A DNA stretch of 64,000 nucleotides from Lytechinus pictus (Eukaryota). Made by a program: the position numbers and the translations under genes. Location of the stretch: assembly GCF_037042905.1 (NCBI RefSeq), contig NC_087250.1, positions 17,734,001-17,798,000 of the forward strand, in the 5' to 3' direction. Within the stretch, counting starts at the first letter, position 1, and each line of letters opens with the position of its first letter. Of this stretch, positions 13,662-27,649 are shown piece after piece. Under the pieces are notes generated by a model that was not told the DNA's origin, ran no database searches, and saw nothing but the letters and a program-made list of their open reading frames with translations.

Positions 13662-14492
13662 TAATACAAATATACAATGACACTCGAGGATCTGGCTAAA
13701 ACTATTCGCATCGAAGGAACATCACATAGTACTATTCTCCCTCCCGAGGGCCATCGGCCCGAGGGAGAATAGTACTATGTGATGTTCCTGAGTGCGAATA
13801 GTTTTAGCCTGTTCCGAGAATGGGTCATTGTATATTTGTTTTATATCCCTTCCACTCATACCATTTTACAGCGAAACGATTTTTAATAGGTCGATATAGA
13901 ACAATCGTTGAGAAGTTGAGAAAAGGTCTTGCCGTATATTGATCATCTGTTCAGCGAGCGAACCTGGCCCGGCACCTGGTTAGTGCAGCTCGCCGAAAGT
14001 TTCCCGTGGCATGCAGTGGAGAGTACCGTCTGGCTGAGCAGCGCTCTGCTCGCATCGCGCCGCACAGCTCTCGAATCGCGAGGTAGGGGGGGGGGGGGGG
14101 GGGTCAAAAAAACGTATAGTTCACTTTTTCCCTAGGGAAAAATGGACTATGCGTGACGTCAGCAAGGAAAATGAACTCTTTCATGGCAAACGTTTTTCGT
14201 AGTAAAACTATTCTTTTTCCCCTTGTGCACACTCTCAATACAACAATCTTAAGTAAGGGATATAATACAAAAAATCGTTTTGCTGTAAAATGGTATGAGT
14301 GGAAGGGATATAAAACAAATATACAATGGCCCATTCTCGGAACAGGCTAAAACTATTCGCACTCAGGAACATCACATAGTACTATTCTCCCTCGGGCCGA
14401 TGGCCCTCGGGAGGGAGAATAGTACTATGTGATGTTCCTTCGATGCGAATAGTTTTTGCCAGATCCTCGAGTGTCATTGTATATTTGTATAT
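13662..14492. mobile_element. Non-autonomous element with ~220-bp TIRs that are themselves long hairpins
   Basis: 13664-13885 is the reverse complement of ~14270-14490. Each arm folds on itself around gagggccatcggcccgag. The element is absent from the paralogous sites near 16715 and 30625. Confidence 0.85.
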
Positions 14493-14812
14493 TATACTAC
14501 ATGAGGTCCTAAATGCATGTAGTTGAGCACTTTTCAGTAAATGCAGTTTAATACAGTAATTATCTATTTATAAATATATACATGTATACTTATATTTTTA
14601 TCAATGAACTTTATAATATGTTCTCGTGGTAAATCAAGCAAGTATTGATTATGTTTAGTAAATCATTTTTATGAGAAAATTGAATTTGGCGTATTTCTAG
14701 CAATTTTGTTTTAAAAATGAATCGGTGAATAAATTAAACCCTACAGTTGCACAATTTCACTTTACTTTTAGAAAGCAAAATAAACCGTAAACATGGTCAA
14801 TGCCTTATTTAA

Positions 14813-15414
14813 AGGGGCTTTCCAGGCTAAAAATAATATGATTTGAACAGATTAAAAAAAAAAGACAAACAAAACAATGAAAATCTATTCAAAATTGGAC
14901 AAGAAATAACAATTAAAGTTATGGCATTTAAATGATCTGGATTGTTTTGGCAAAACAGTTCTAGGCATGTCTTCATGAATATTCAATGAGCGAACTGATG
15001 TCCTATCCCTATTAGTTCTTTTGTATTTTAAAATATGAAATTAGGTTTATTCAAAATTTTTCCTTCAGAACCAAAAATATTGGAATAACAAATGATTAAG
15101 TGCATTAGGTATTCATAGCTGCAACTTCTTGCATTATAAGGGAGACATATCATTCACACATGTATGAAAAAAAGAAAAAAACATGATTTCATGCAAAAAC
15201 ACAACACAAAGAAATGTGGGGTGTGACATCATCAGCCCATTAATGAATATTCACGACGACGTGTATATAATTGTTTTCGCAATATATTGCTAAATTTTAA
15301 AATTCGATTACTCCGCTATTTGTCATCATATTTTGATGAATTTTTCAGCATTTTGCTGTGTGAATTTTACTCTGTTCATTTAGATATACATATTTTTCAG
15401 CCCGGAGCATCCCT
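14813..15414. mobile_element. Kolobok/T2-type MITE (inverted paralogue at ~29764-30335)
   Basis: TTAA|AGGG...CCCT|TTAA termini with palindromic arms. Confidence 0.78.
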
Positions 15415-15749
15415 TTAAAGTACGTATACTGTAGTAGATTTATCCGGTAATAAAATTCTTTGATAATCGATTCAAAGTTCGCGCGATGAGTCTCGCTCGT
15501 TGATTCTTCCAGCTCTAAACAATTTAAAATGAATTTTGTACGTACCTTGCTTTCCCGTGCGTGCGTAGGCTTAGCCGATTAAATAACTGGATATGACTTT
15601 TATCATCGTTTAGAACCATGGTTCCAGTAGGATCTATGTTAAGAACTAACACATATAAACGAGCTACGCTTTGGCCGTGCGTTCTTTGAATCGATTATAA
15701 ATCCCCTTAATTGCAAGGTACAACTATTATGCTTACTTTAATAAGATAT

Positions 15750-15949
15750 GGGCAATTCCATAAAATATGTACATCCGACCCCCTATATGTGGGACCTTCA
15801 TGACATTTTCTGTCTCTGATTTCTGGTTCTTTTGAAAGTCTGTAATGCTCTCAAATGACCATGACTTGCTCAGTTTATGAAGCGAAGTAAAACTTGAGAA
15901 AAATGGGGGTCGGACGTACAAAAAGGTTGATTATTTTATGGAATTGCCC
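15750..15949. mobile_element. Sola-like MITE
   Basis: TIR GGGCAATTCCATAAAAT and 4-bp TSD ATAT; absent from the inverted paralogue near 29430. Confidence 0.65.
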
Positions 15950-16387
15950 ATATATTAACGGTATGTTTTACTTTATAAGATTGCAGCGATTGAGTATTGT
16001 ATATATTTATTAAAACAAAAAATGACTCATTAATTTCAATAAAAAATTACTAAAAATATACCAAATAATGATTGTCATTTAAATAATATAAATCTGTTTA
16101 TTGTGCACTGTTTATCTTAAATTAAATATTTTGTATATATAATTTCCCGTTCCCTTCTATTATAGAACACACGTCGCTACGCGCTTCGTAGCGTACATTA
16201 TATTTGCTGCTTTTTGCCCGAGACCTGAGCTTTGATCAAGTCTCTACCATGTCGAAGAAAAATTAAAGGGAATGAAACCTGTGGAACAAGTAAGCTTGTG
16301 TCAAAACAGAAAAATCAAAGAATAAGAGCAAAGAAAGTTTGAGAAAAATCGGACAAATAATGAGAAAGTTATGAGCATTTGAATATT

Positions 16388-18792
16388 GCCTGGAGTGCCC
16401 CATAAATAAGGTATTGACGGTTTATTTTGCTTTCTAAAAGTAAAGTGAAATTGTGCAACTGTAGGGTCCTATTTTATTCACCGATTCATTTTAAAACAAA
16501 AATTGCTAGAAATACGCCAAAATCAATTTTCTCATAAAAATGACTTACTAAACATAATCAAGACTTGCTTGATTTACCACTAGAACAAATTATAAAGTTC
16601 ATTGATAAAAATATAAGTATACATGTATATATTTATAAATAGATAATTACTGTATAAAACTGCTTTTACTGAAAAGTGCTCAACTACATGTATATATGAC
16701 CTCATGTAGTATAATATGTATATATGTATATGATGATGATTCAATACTATCTTTAAATAATGTTATAAACACTGAGCTAAAAAACGTAACTGACTGGTTT
16801 CATTCTAATAAACTATCTTTAAATATGGATAAATCAAATTATATATATTTCTCTCTCAATAATACTTCTCAAAATACTTCAGATTTTTTACATATCAAAA
16901 TGAACAATCATAATATTAAACGTGTAGCTCATTTAAAATTTCTAGGTGTCATAATTGATGAAAAACTTTCATGGAAAAATCACATTTTAGATATCACAAA
17001 CAAAATTTCAAAAAACGTTGGTATCATCCGCAAACTCAGCATATTTTTACCCCAAAATATTCTTTTTACTCTGTATAATACTCTTATATTACCCTATATA
17101 TCTTATTGCAATGTAGTATGGGCTAACACATATCCAACTAAATTGAACCCAATATATATGTTACAAAAAAAAGATAATTCGCATATGTACATTCTCATCT
17201 AGATTAGCCCATTCAAAAGAATTATTTATCAAATTCAATATTCTTACTGTATTTCAACTGAATTCATATCACTGTGCAATATTACTTTTCAAACATAAAC
17301 ACAATATACTTCATGAATCATTATCTTCGATGCTTATTGTAAATTCATCTGTGCATGATTATAACACAAGAAATAAAAATAAATATCATTTGTGGACTGT
17401 TAATAAAAATTATGTATCATTTTCATTTAGACATCATGCACCAGTCGTGTGGAATAATCTCCCCATTGCAATAAAGTCTCTCAACTCAATGTATGCTTTC
17501 AAAAGAAAATTGAAATTATATTTAATCACTAGTACTTAAATTCTGTCTTTACTGCACTGCCTGTTATTGTTTTGGGTTTGTGCGGTCTTTGTATCTTGTT
17601 GTGTTCTGCTTTGTTTTCATTATAAAATTATATGCCCATTACCTATTCATAAATTTTCTTTATTAAATATGATTTATAAATTGATTTAATCTAATTCTAT
17701 ACTATGTTATCAAGGGTGGTTATCCAGACAATTCCTTTTGGTTTTTTATGACCGCCCTATTCCAATAATGATGTGTTCTTTTTATATTATATATCGTATT
17801 TTAATATTATATTTAAAAATTTTCACTGCTCAAGTTTTCTTTTTACGCAATTGTATGATATGTGTAAGTTTTATTGGAATTGAATAAATGAATTGAATTG
17901 AATTGAATTGAATATTACATGTGCTCTTTGTATCCGACGGTGGCTCTTTCCAATTGACCATGTCTATGCATGAACAATCCTTTATTTTTGTTTTATTTTT
18001 GCGGAAAAAGGGTTTATTCTGAACGTAAGTTCGTGGAATTTAAAGTAGTACCCCAAATGTGTTTAAAGGGCCCTTTTGTGGACGATGTACTTGATATTTC
18101 AAAAGGGTATGAAATGTGAACTCCTAGAATTCTTACCAATTTCTTAACGATGCGTTGTAAACTGTGGAAACAATGCAATCAATTACGTTTTACGACGATC
18201 TAAGCTTTGTGTTACGGCTAACGGGTTTCAGATTTGGGTTGTCGGGATAAGCCTGGAACATTCAAAGCCATAAGATATTATTATTTAGGATTCAATCCCT
18301 CATGCTGGGATGTTGCCAATATTTTCAAATGACACAAATGGTTAAATAGGCTTGACTGAAATGTCCTATAGAAAGTTAACACATATATAGGAGCACACTA
18401 CAGTGGCTTATTAAGACACAAGTTTTGAGGTGGCCAAACTTGGCTGACGGAACCAAAGTTGTATAAAGATGCGAGCAAGAAGGGGGAAAAACGAAAACAT
18501 TCGACCTTTTTAATAGAAAAACTAAAAAATTTTGACAGCATGATGTTAATATATTCAGAAATTAATATATTTGACCCTTTCCCTGCATTTCTTTTCACTC
18601 GGAGACGGTATTATGTCCATGTTTACAAGATGAAATTAATTGAGTTCAATCAGTAAGAGTAAAAAAATAAATTATAAATCTAGCCGGCAAATTGCTGTTC
18701 TGATGAGAGATACATCTCGTAGTTCCACTATGCATGATTAGGAGATTCTGCGCATGATCAGAAGAGAAGGTCGTTAATTGGTACAAAAGTGA
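16388..18792 (+). repeat. Segmental duplication copy C (direct copy of ~30320-32675)
   Basis: Colinear matches from gcctggagtgcccc to ggtacaaaagtga. Confidence 0.85.
16735..17911 (+). mobile_element. 5'-truncated CR1/L2-group (Crack-like) LINE with frameshifted RT C-terminus and (GAATT)n tail
   Basis: ORFs 16696-17202 and 17330-17539 (WFHSNKLSLN, KFLGVIID, YISYCNVVW, HDYNTR), with a frameshift in the A-run near 17165. The insertion is absent from the paralogous site near 30635. Confidence 0.9.
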
Positions 18793-19326
18793 CATGATGG
18801 TTTGATATTCAGTGAGGTAAGCACCAACTTTGATGTTCTGAGTATTCATATATTTTTTGAATTAGTTTTTTCATTAGATCCACAACCCCCCCCCCCAAAA
18901 AAAAAAAAAAAAAAAAAAAAACAATGCGTCCACTAGCGCCTGGTATTTCACAGTTGGCCGTGTAGTGTTACAACGTGTAAATGCATTCAAAGTAGAAATG
19001 CAACAAATACCTTTGATCACAGACTTCATTGACCAGTGTGCTATTCTAGTCACATGGGGGCCGTTTCATTTTGCAGTTTGTGAGTTAAGAGTGACTTTAA
19101 AGCGACCTTACATTGACAAATCACAACATCATGGGAAAATCAAGGCTAATCCCAGAACGGAGAAGGGATTCAAGTCTTTTTAGTCCGACGGGCGCTCATG
19201 ACGGACGTATTATATTATGCAAGCCAATTTTCCCTTTTGCAAATTTCGTGTCGATTCAAATGATTTGTCAATAAATTGCAGGGCGCTTTAAGATCGACTG
19301 GTGATCCTTTCTTGTGGTAAATTATA

Positions 19327-20127
19327 CAGTGCGTCCCACAAAAAACGAAACAAACCGAGATTTATCGATGATTTATCATAACTTAATCGCAAATACAATA
19401 AACAAATGACCTACCATTTTAAAGCTTAGAATCTCCTCTTTCATCTGAAATTACTTTAATCATTTCTCATTCACGCATAAGTGAGCAAAAACAATTTGAA
19501 AAGGGGATACCAAAAAGTCACTTGGCGGGTCGTATCTGGGTTTTAAAAAGAAAACCACATTTTTTAAAAGTTCAATATCTGCTCTTTATTTTGATACCTC
19601 AATTACAGAAAATGGTCAAGAAAAAACAAAGTTCTGGTTATTTGAAATAAGGCTTGAATTTCAATAATTTCATAAAATGAAGAGGTTTTACAGGCTAGCA
19701 TTCAAACTCAATCGACACTCCGTTTTGTTTACAATCAGCCATGTTACCGTGCGATAGCTTCTGTGGGGAAACCGGTGAAAACACGTTTATTTAATGAAAT
19801 TGTGGAAATACAAGCATTGTTTCGAGGGATCATAATTTCTTTACCATTTTCTGTGATTAAGGTATCAAACAAAAGAGCAGATATTGAACTTTTTAGTCAT
19901 GTGATTTTCCTTTTAAAACTCAGATACCCCCCGCCAAATGAGTTTTTGGTATCCTTTCTTCAAATTGTTTTGCTCACTCATGCGTGAATGAGGAATAATC
20001 TAAGTAATATCAGATGAAAGAGGAGATTTTAAGCTTTACATTGGTAGGTCATTTGTCTATTGTATTTATGATTAAGTTATGATAAATCATCGCTAAATCT
20101 TGGTTTCGTTTTTTCTGGGACGCACTG
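19327..20127. mobile_element. Tc1/mariner-type palindromic MITE
   Basis: TA|CAGTGCGTCCCA...TGGGACGCACTG|TA; the arms are complementary over ~370 bp. Confidence 0.88.
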
Positions 20128-21217
20128 TATTCATCATTAAATGTTAGTGCGTAAGAAATTATGAACAGCTTTATGAAAAACATTCTGTTTCGTCTACTTC
20201 GATTTCTTCATCCTGCTATGTCCACTCCAATAAAAAGTTGATTTGAATAAAAGGATAAAAATCCAACAAGCATAGCACTGAAAAATTCATGAAATTCGGA
20301 TGAAAAATAAGAAAGTTTCACTTAATTTCACACAACATTCCCGGTCAGTATGCAAATGAGCTGACTGATGACGTCACCCACTCACTAATTTCTTTTGTAT
20401 TTCATTATGTTAAATATGAAATATTCTATATATCTCCTCATTATAGTGTGTACGGTATGTCACTGACACAGCTCCCGTAGGACTTGCGTGCCAAAATTGA
20501 TTTTTTGGTTGTTTTGGCTTCAATAGGGTCACCTAAGACCAAAAACGATGGGGTTCAAATTTTTAGACCCCTCCTTCCCTTTGTGGGGGTCCTTTTTGGC
20601 GCCATATTGGCCTGTACAAAGCCCAGTAGGATAATCCATTGTTTTCAACCTTATTTCTCACTTTTATTCGCCAATTTTATTTTTAAGTTGTCTGAGGTGT
20701 ATGGGAATGAATATTTGATGATGTTGTGATGTCAATTTTTTCACTTTTGCCATATGGGGGCGGACATTACGAAAAATGCCCCAAAATTGTAAAACATTAC
20801 CACCAAAATTTTATTTTTCCTTTTTTTGGCACTAGAATTAGGAAAAAGGATTACAAAATGAAATGAATATGTCTTGTTATACAATCCAATAACAGAGCAA
20901 TATACCACATATAATTTATATCATTATTTTGGTCAATTGATGTAAAAATCAGCCCCATTTCAGTATTTTATGCAGTGAAAACCTTACTACAACACTAGAG
21001 GGCGCCATAACTTATGATAAGCACTTCCCTTAAAAAATCGAATTCTAGGCACTGTAATTTTATCAATATACGGTATTTTGAAAGCTGACACATTTCAAGA
21101 GCAATTATTACCAATGCCAAATTAGAGTATGGGCATCTAATTTGTTTTGATTCAACCCCCCCCCCCCCGCAAAATGGTTGCCTTAGGCTAAAAATCCTGG
21201 ATTCATTTTTTCCCCTC

Positions 21218-21520
21218 AATAATAATAATAATTGCCATTTATATAGCGCTTTATCAATCTACGACTGTTCAAAGCGCAAGTTCACAATTATTATTACCCG
21301 GTCACTGGATTCAAAGCATTCCAAGCAGCCTGTTAGGCGCAAACTTGCTAAACCAACCACAATGACGGTTGTTTCCTACCGGTACTCAATTAGCACCTGG
21401 GTGAGAGTGGCAAAGTGTGGATTGCCGCCTTGCCAAAGGACGCTAGGCCATGGTGGGATTCGAACACACGACACTCTGATTCCAAGGCGAGAATCAGAAC
21501 CGCTACACCACGGCGCTTCC
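21218..21520 (-). mobile_element. tRNA-derived SINE
   Basis: Reverse-strand copy of the same family (ggattcgaac B box, (aat)n tail). Confidence 0.85.
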
Positions 21521-22137
21521 ACTTAAGGCCACTCAAGTGGCCTTAATTTCAAAGGTTTTTAAGGGTGAAGAAGTATATCGGGAAAAGTTACAAGGACAGC
21601 AAGTGGTCTCGTGCCCAGAAATCCAAGATGGCTTCCAAAAATGGAGTTTGAAATGGCTGTTGGTACTTTAAATGGACATAGCGCATTTTATATCAACTTG
21701 AGATAGATGGAATCGGTGTCTAGACCATGGTTTCAATGATATAAATTGGGACAAGAATACTGTTTCCTTTTTTATTTATTTAATTTTTGGAAGCCATCTT
21801 GGATTTTTTAACAAACCGGGATAGTCAGTGGTCCGATATGCTGAAAATCCAAGATGGCTTTCAAAAATGGAGTTTGAAATTGCTGTTGCTGCTTGAAAAA
21901 CCGATATAGTTTGTTCAATATCCGGGAATATGAATTTGTGCGTCTATCATGGAAAAGTGGGTCAAATAATACTTTAGAATAAGTTACAAGGAGAGTCGTT
22001 GGTCGAGTATGTTAAACAATGAAGTATAAAATAGCCACTGTTATTTACAAATGCATGGACATGTAATATCCATCAAGGATATGGTTGTGATGTCTAAACC
22101 ATGATTTTTAAAGTCAGAAAATTAGTTGCAAGCGTTC

Positions 22138-22420
22138 GAGCGTTGTGGCCCAGTGGATTAGTCCTTTGATTTTGAAAGGGTCGTGTGTTCGAATCCCAGC
22201 CATGGCATAATTTAATTTCTGCAAGAAACTTATCCACATTGTGCTGCACTCAACCCAGGTGAGGTAAATGGGTACCCGGTAGGAAGAAATTCCTTGAATG
22301 CTTGAGCGCCTAAGCAGCCCATCTAAAGCAGGGGTAATAATAATAGCAGGGCCCGTTGGGAGAACAGTTCTTAGAACTGAAGTGGCTTCCCTAGGGAAAT
22401 ATATTGATTATATCATATTA
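22138..22420 (+). mobile_element. tRNA-derived SINE
   Basis: A box tggcccagtgg, B box gttcgaatcc, core caacccaggtgaggtaaatgggtacc. Confidence 0.85.
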
Positions 22421-25038
22421 TAGCAAGGACAGTCATTTGTCTATGTCGAAAAATCCAAGACGGCTTCAAGAAATCTGAGTCTAAAGTGACTGCTGTTACT
22501 TAAAAATGGATATAGTTCATTTAAAATTTACCAAGGACATATGATTTTGGTGTCCACTCAATGGTTTCATGATCAAAATGATACTTTCGACTGGTTACAA
22601 AGATATGCACTTGTCCATTTTGCCGAAAAATCCAAGAAAGTTTTTAAAATTGCATCTAAAATGATTCCTAAAACTCATTAATAATGGTCAAAGTTTATAC
22701 AATATTAATCTGTAAGGAATAATTTTGGTGTCTACATGGTGGTATAAAGGGTCAGATAATACATTCGACAAATAACAAGGATATTTGGTTTTCCATTTTG
22801 TCTAAAATCCATGGTAGATTGAAAAAATAATCAAATGGGTGCTATTACAAACTCATGAATCAATATGATAACTTATCCCATATATTTAAAGTGTGGGCAC
22901 CAAGATATTTCTCGCAGGTTGATATCGTATGAATGATGTATCCACTTTTAAGTAACAATAGTCATTTCGGGAACCAATTTTTAAAGCCAACTTGGATTTT
23001 AAGGCAAAATGGATAACTGTATAATCATTGTAGCCAGTCCTTGATAAGTATTTTTAACTCTTGAAATACTATTGTAGACACCAAAATAATATCCCCAGGT
23101 GTATGTTTTACCCACTTTTAAAGTAACAGCAGTCATTTAAGCAATCTTGGATTTTTGACAAACTTGACATCCGACTGTTCTTTCAACTTGAAACAATACT
23201 TGATCCTTTAAATTCTATAGCATGTCTAGTGTAGACACCAAAATCAAATCCATAATGTGCATTTATAATGAACTGCGTCTACTTTTAAGGACCACAGTCA
23301 ATTTAGACCATGCATTTTGGAGGCCATATTGCATTTTTGACCACTGACTGCCCCTATTAACTTGTCCTAATGTCTTATTTGACCCTTGAAACCATTGGTT
23401 TAGACACCAAAATGATATCTCCCAGGCCGATATGAAATGGACTATGTCCGCTTTAAGTCTCAGCAGCCATTTTAAGATCAATTTTTGGAATTCATCTATG
23501 ATTTATGGACCTACCAGACCACTGACTGTCCTTGTAACTTATCCTTATATATTAATTGACTCAAACCAGTGGTTTAAAATTAAACATCGAAATCACATTT
23601 CCCTGGACGATATGAAATCAGCTATGTCTGCTTTAAGTTTAGCAGCTATTTCAGAATAAATTTTTGAAGCCATCATGGATTTTTGGACCCACCAGACCAC
23701 TCACTGTCCTAGTAACTTTTTCCAATTTACTACTTCACCCTTAAAATCATTGACTGGAAACCAAATTGTGGATTTTTAGCACACGGCAGCCATTTTTCAT
23801 GCCATCTTGGATTTGCCAGGTATCCTGGGTTCCTTATATTCACTCTATCCCGTGTCAACAAATTATTTTAACTCCTAGACAATGGAGTATGAAACCAATT
23901 AGGATTCTCGGGTGGGTAATGAATGAGTCGTATTCATTAATTTTAAGTGAATGATGGCCATCTTGGATACTATCTTGAAAATAACCACTTTCCCTGATGC
24001 GGATTTTGGTATATTTTTAGTACATTATTCCTAAGGTCAATTAGTACTAAAAACTGTGGAAAACAATTTGCTGCAATTTTTCCGAGTAAGGGTATTTTGG
24101 TCGTACATTGAATGGTCTATAGGCCCTACCTTAGAAATTGAGGCACAATGCAGGTTTGTAAGTTAGGAAAATCTCCAAAGGTCAATTAATAAAACATCAC
24201 ATATTATTTCAATAATGATTATGTGCATGTGTGTGTGTGTGTGTGTGTGGGGGGGGGGGGCTATAAATATATACTTTATGTGTTTCTTTCTGTCTATCAG
24301 TAATTGGAAATTTGCCGAGAAGTATATAATTGACAATTCAAATAAAAGTTCTTTAATCGTAAATTGTACTGTAGAACGATTGGTCGAATGGTGAAAGTTG
24401 TATGCCAGTCAGTTGGGGGGGGGGGGGGGGTAGGGGATATGGTTGGTAGGATGCTCGTCTAACTGGAAGTCTTCATATATAAGCATTCTAGCTGTCTAGG
24501 GATGATAAAATACCATAAAACAATTCATTTTTAACCGGGCGCAAAATTGCTAATACTCCTGATTTTAGAGGGTCTTGGTGGCTTGGTATACGTGACCCCC
24601 CCCCCCCCTTCAGGCAGTGGGCGAGGGTGGGGAAATTTTGAACCCTATCACTTCCTGATAGATTGGACCCAAGCGAATCCAAAATGAAAAAAAAGAAAGA
24701 AAAAAAAATCGGCGCAAAAGTCCTACAGGAGCTGTGTCATGATATACCGTACCACACTAATATCATCATGATAAGTTATGGCTCCCTCTAGTGTTGTAGT
24801 AAGGTTTTCACTGCATAAAATCCTGAAATGGGGTTGACTTTTACGTCAATTTACCAATAATAATCATATAAATTACATGTGATGATATATTCCTCTGTTA
24901 TTGGACTGTATAACAAGACATATGCATTTCATTTTGTAATCTTTTCGTCCTAATTCTAGTGCCAAAAAAGGGGGAAAATTACATTTTTGGGGTAATATCT
25001 TACAATTTGGGGACATTTTCGCAAAAAATCCGCCTCCA

Positions 25039-26100
25039 CAACCGCGTAGCCAGGATTTCATTTTGGAGGGGGCGGTAAATGCACGCGAAGCGTGCCAACA
25101 CTTACAGAGCGCGCGAAGCGCGCTCCCTAGGGGGTGGGTGCAGGGAAGCTTTTGTTGTTTCATAAATGAAAAGGAGCCGTCTCTCTTGTCTCTAGTACCT
25201 ATATCAGCTCCAATTCAGTTGACTATATTGTGATTTTGAACCTTGTTTTCAAAAGTGTTTGTGAGCGCACAAAACGGGAATACAATGGAGGAAATTAATA
25301 CATGTATAATAATAGCCCTGCGCGAAACGCGGAAGCTGAAGCGTTTTATCATATTTTTTTGCCATGAAAAGGGTCCCGAGAAAAGGGTATTTTCAATGAT
25401 ATATTGAATACTTCCCTTGGAAAGATCAGATTTGATTACAAACAATTTAGCGACAATGCATATCTTTAACTCGCAAACAGAGGAGAAGAAGTGTATATGC
25501 CGGGAGGAAGATATTCCTCCCCGCGCAGAGCAATGAAACTCTGGAATTTCAAAGAACGGACGTTCATCAAATGCAGATATCTCTAATACCCCATCGGCTT
25601 TAATTCAATTGATTTTCTAAGATTATTGAACTTCATTAAAAGGAAAATAGTGCGAAAAAAATTGATAAAAAGATTTTACCCGCCCAGAGCCGACCCGACC
25701 AGAAGTTGCGCGATCAAAAAAAAAAAAAAAGATAACTTCATATACTTCGGCCGAACTTTACTCTAATTCCACGCCCTAATGTATACATTTGAACTTTAAC
25801 TGGCAAGAAACACATATAGCTGAGGTGGAAAAACATAGTTGGGAAACAATGGAGAACTTCAGTATTGTCATTTAACCGCGCGGAAGCAAAATTCATATAT
25901 AAATTTAGAGCAAGAGTGAAGGAGTTTCTCTTTTGAGAAAAAAAAAAGAATAAAAAGAAAACACAAAGCTACCCTTTCCTCCCTTCCCTTTTCCTTTTCT
26001 CCTCTCTTTTTTCCCCTTCGTTTTTTTCTTTTTGGGGACGTTTTTTTTTTTTTTGGGGGGGGGGCGACCGCCCCCACCGCCCCCCCTGGCTACGCGCCTG
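25039..26100. mobile_element. Non-autonomous hAT-like element
   Basis: TIR CA(A/G)(C/G)CGCGTAGCCAGG and 8-bp TSD CGCCTCCA (25031-25038 and 26101-26108). Confidence 0.85.
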
Positions 26101-27649
26101 CGCCTCCATATGGCAAAAGTGAAAAAATTGACATCACAACATCATCAAATTTTCATTCTTGTACACCTCAAACAACTTAAAAATAAAATTGGCGAGGAAA
26201 AGTGAGAAATAAGGTTGAAAACAATGGATTATCCTATTAGGCTTTGTACAGGCCAATATGGCGCCAAAAAGGACCCCCCACGAAGGGAAAGAGGGAGCTG
26301 AAAATTTGAACCCCATCATTTGTGGTCTAAAGGGATCATACTGAAGCCAAAACAACCAAAAAATCAATTTTGGCACGCGAGCCCTACGGGATAACACACC
26401 ATACCGCACCATTATACTGTGAAACAAAGTTCTGCTCCTTCCTGAACATGTGGTAATACGATTGTTATAACATTTTATGGTTCAGTCAAGTTGGTCATTA
26501 TTGTCATATTAATAAAAATTGAAATATTGTGTCAACACTGTCATTCACACAATAAAAAAAAAAAAAAAAAAAAAATAGTGAGTGAGGGACATCATCGACT
26601 CTCTCATTTGCATATCACTGAGTTGTGCAGAAAACTGTTTTGTGGAAAATGAGCGAAACTTTAAAATGTCATAACTTTCTTATCTGATTGGTTCCTAGTC
26701 AGTATATTGAGCAAAATGAGCATGCAAAGATGATCTTGATACGTTTTTATAAAACAACAATCGCTAACCTTTGTGTAAAGCCCGGTGAACGCACGCTATA
26801 CAATTCGTGGCTATCCGAATTCTGAAGGGATACGCCGGGCAGAGAATATTTATATTTAAATAAATATAGTCAAATTCACAGAGAAAATGCTAATACTAAT
26901 AATTCATTATATAATGAAAAATTACACTGATTGAATATGGTGTTGGCCAGATTTTCAACTATTACACAAGTGAATAAAATATGTGTGACTTAAATGTATA
27001 ATATGTTAACACATGTCATTATTTATGATAGCATACTACAGTGGTGCAATGGGCCATAAATTTTGAAATGGCAAGACAATACAGCGGATGGAGCGAACAG
27101 TTATATAACGATGCGCGCAAGCAAATATTTGACCTCTTAATAGGTAAATGATATATTGCTTTTGATAATTTTGTATGTATTATTCAGAAAAAGATATATT
27201 TCACTCTTTTCCCTATTCTCCCAGCGACTTTTTCTCATCATATAAACAATATGAATTTAGTTGAAAATAGAAATAACGAATTTTGGCTAAAAGCACAATT
27301 TGCATTGGATAACGAATTATCGTTCTTTTTTATCATTATTTGGTCTGGTATGTGCAAGTTTACGAAATGTTGCATAATTTCGGAACCTTGTGGCAGCAGG
27401 GGTGTTGACCTGCCGTCGAGGGCGCTCGCTAGCCGCTAGGCAGTAAGGGGGTGAGGAGGCCCCTGATTACCAACAAAATAATATCAGTACCGATTACCGA
27501 CGTCCGGCAACCGTGAATCTTGGAAGTGTTCTACATTCTCCTTAGTCACATTTTCTTTCGTCATACCCAGGACCAATTTTAGCATTTATCGGTGGGGTGG
27601 GTGGGGGGGGGTGATATTTTCTTTTTTTGTTTTATTATTATTTATCATA

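Larger units (their letters stand above)
13526..16247 (-). repeat. Segmental duplication copy A (inverted relative to 29153-30761)
   Basis: Colinear reverse-complement matches, for example gccaccgtcgggtacaaagagcacatg near 13603 against ~30647-30677. Confidence 0.85.
20444..26415. mobile_element. Composite foldback-like element(s) inserted into a Kolobok-type MITE (host halves ~20220-20443 and ~26416-26680)
   Basis: The terminus tagtgtgtacggtat at 20444 is mirrored at ~24750-24769 and ~26400-26415. 20460-21025 is mirrored by 24773-25038 plus 26101-26410. Internal ~190-bp aatccaagatggc subrepeats occur in opposite orientations. Confidence 0.7.
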
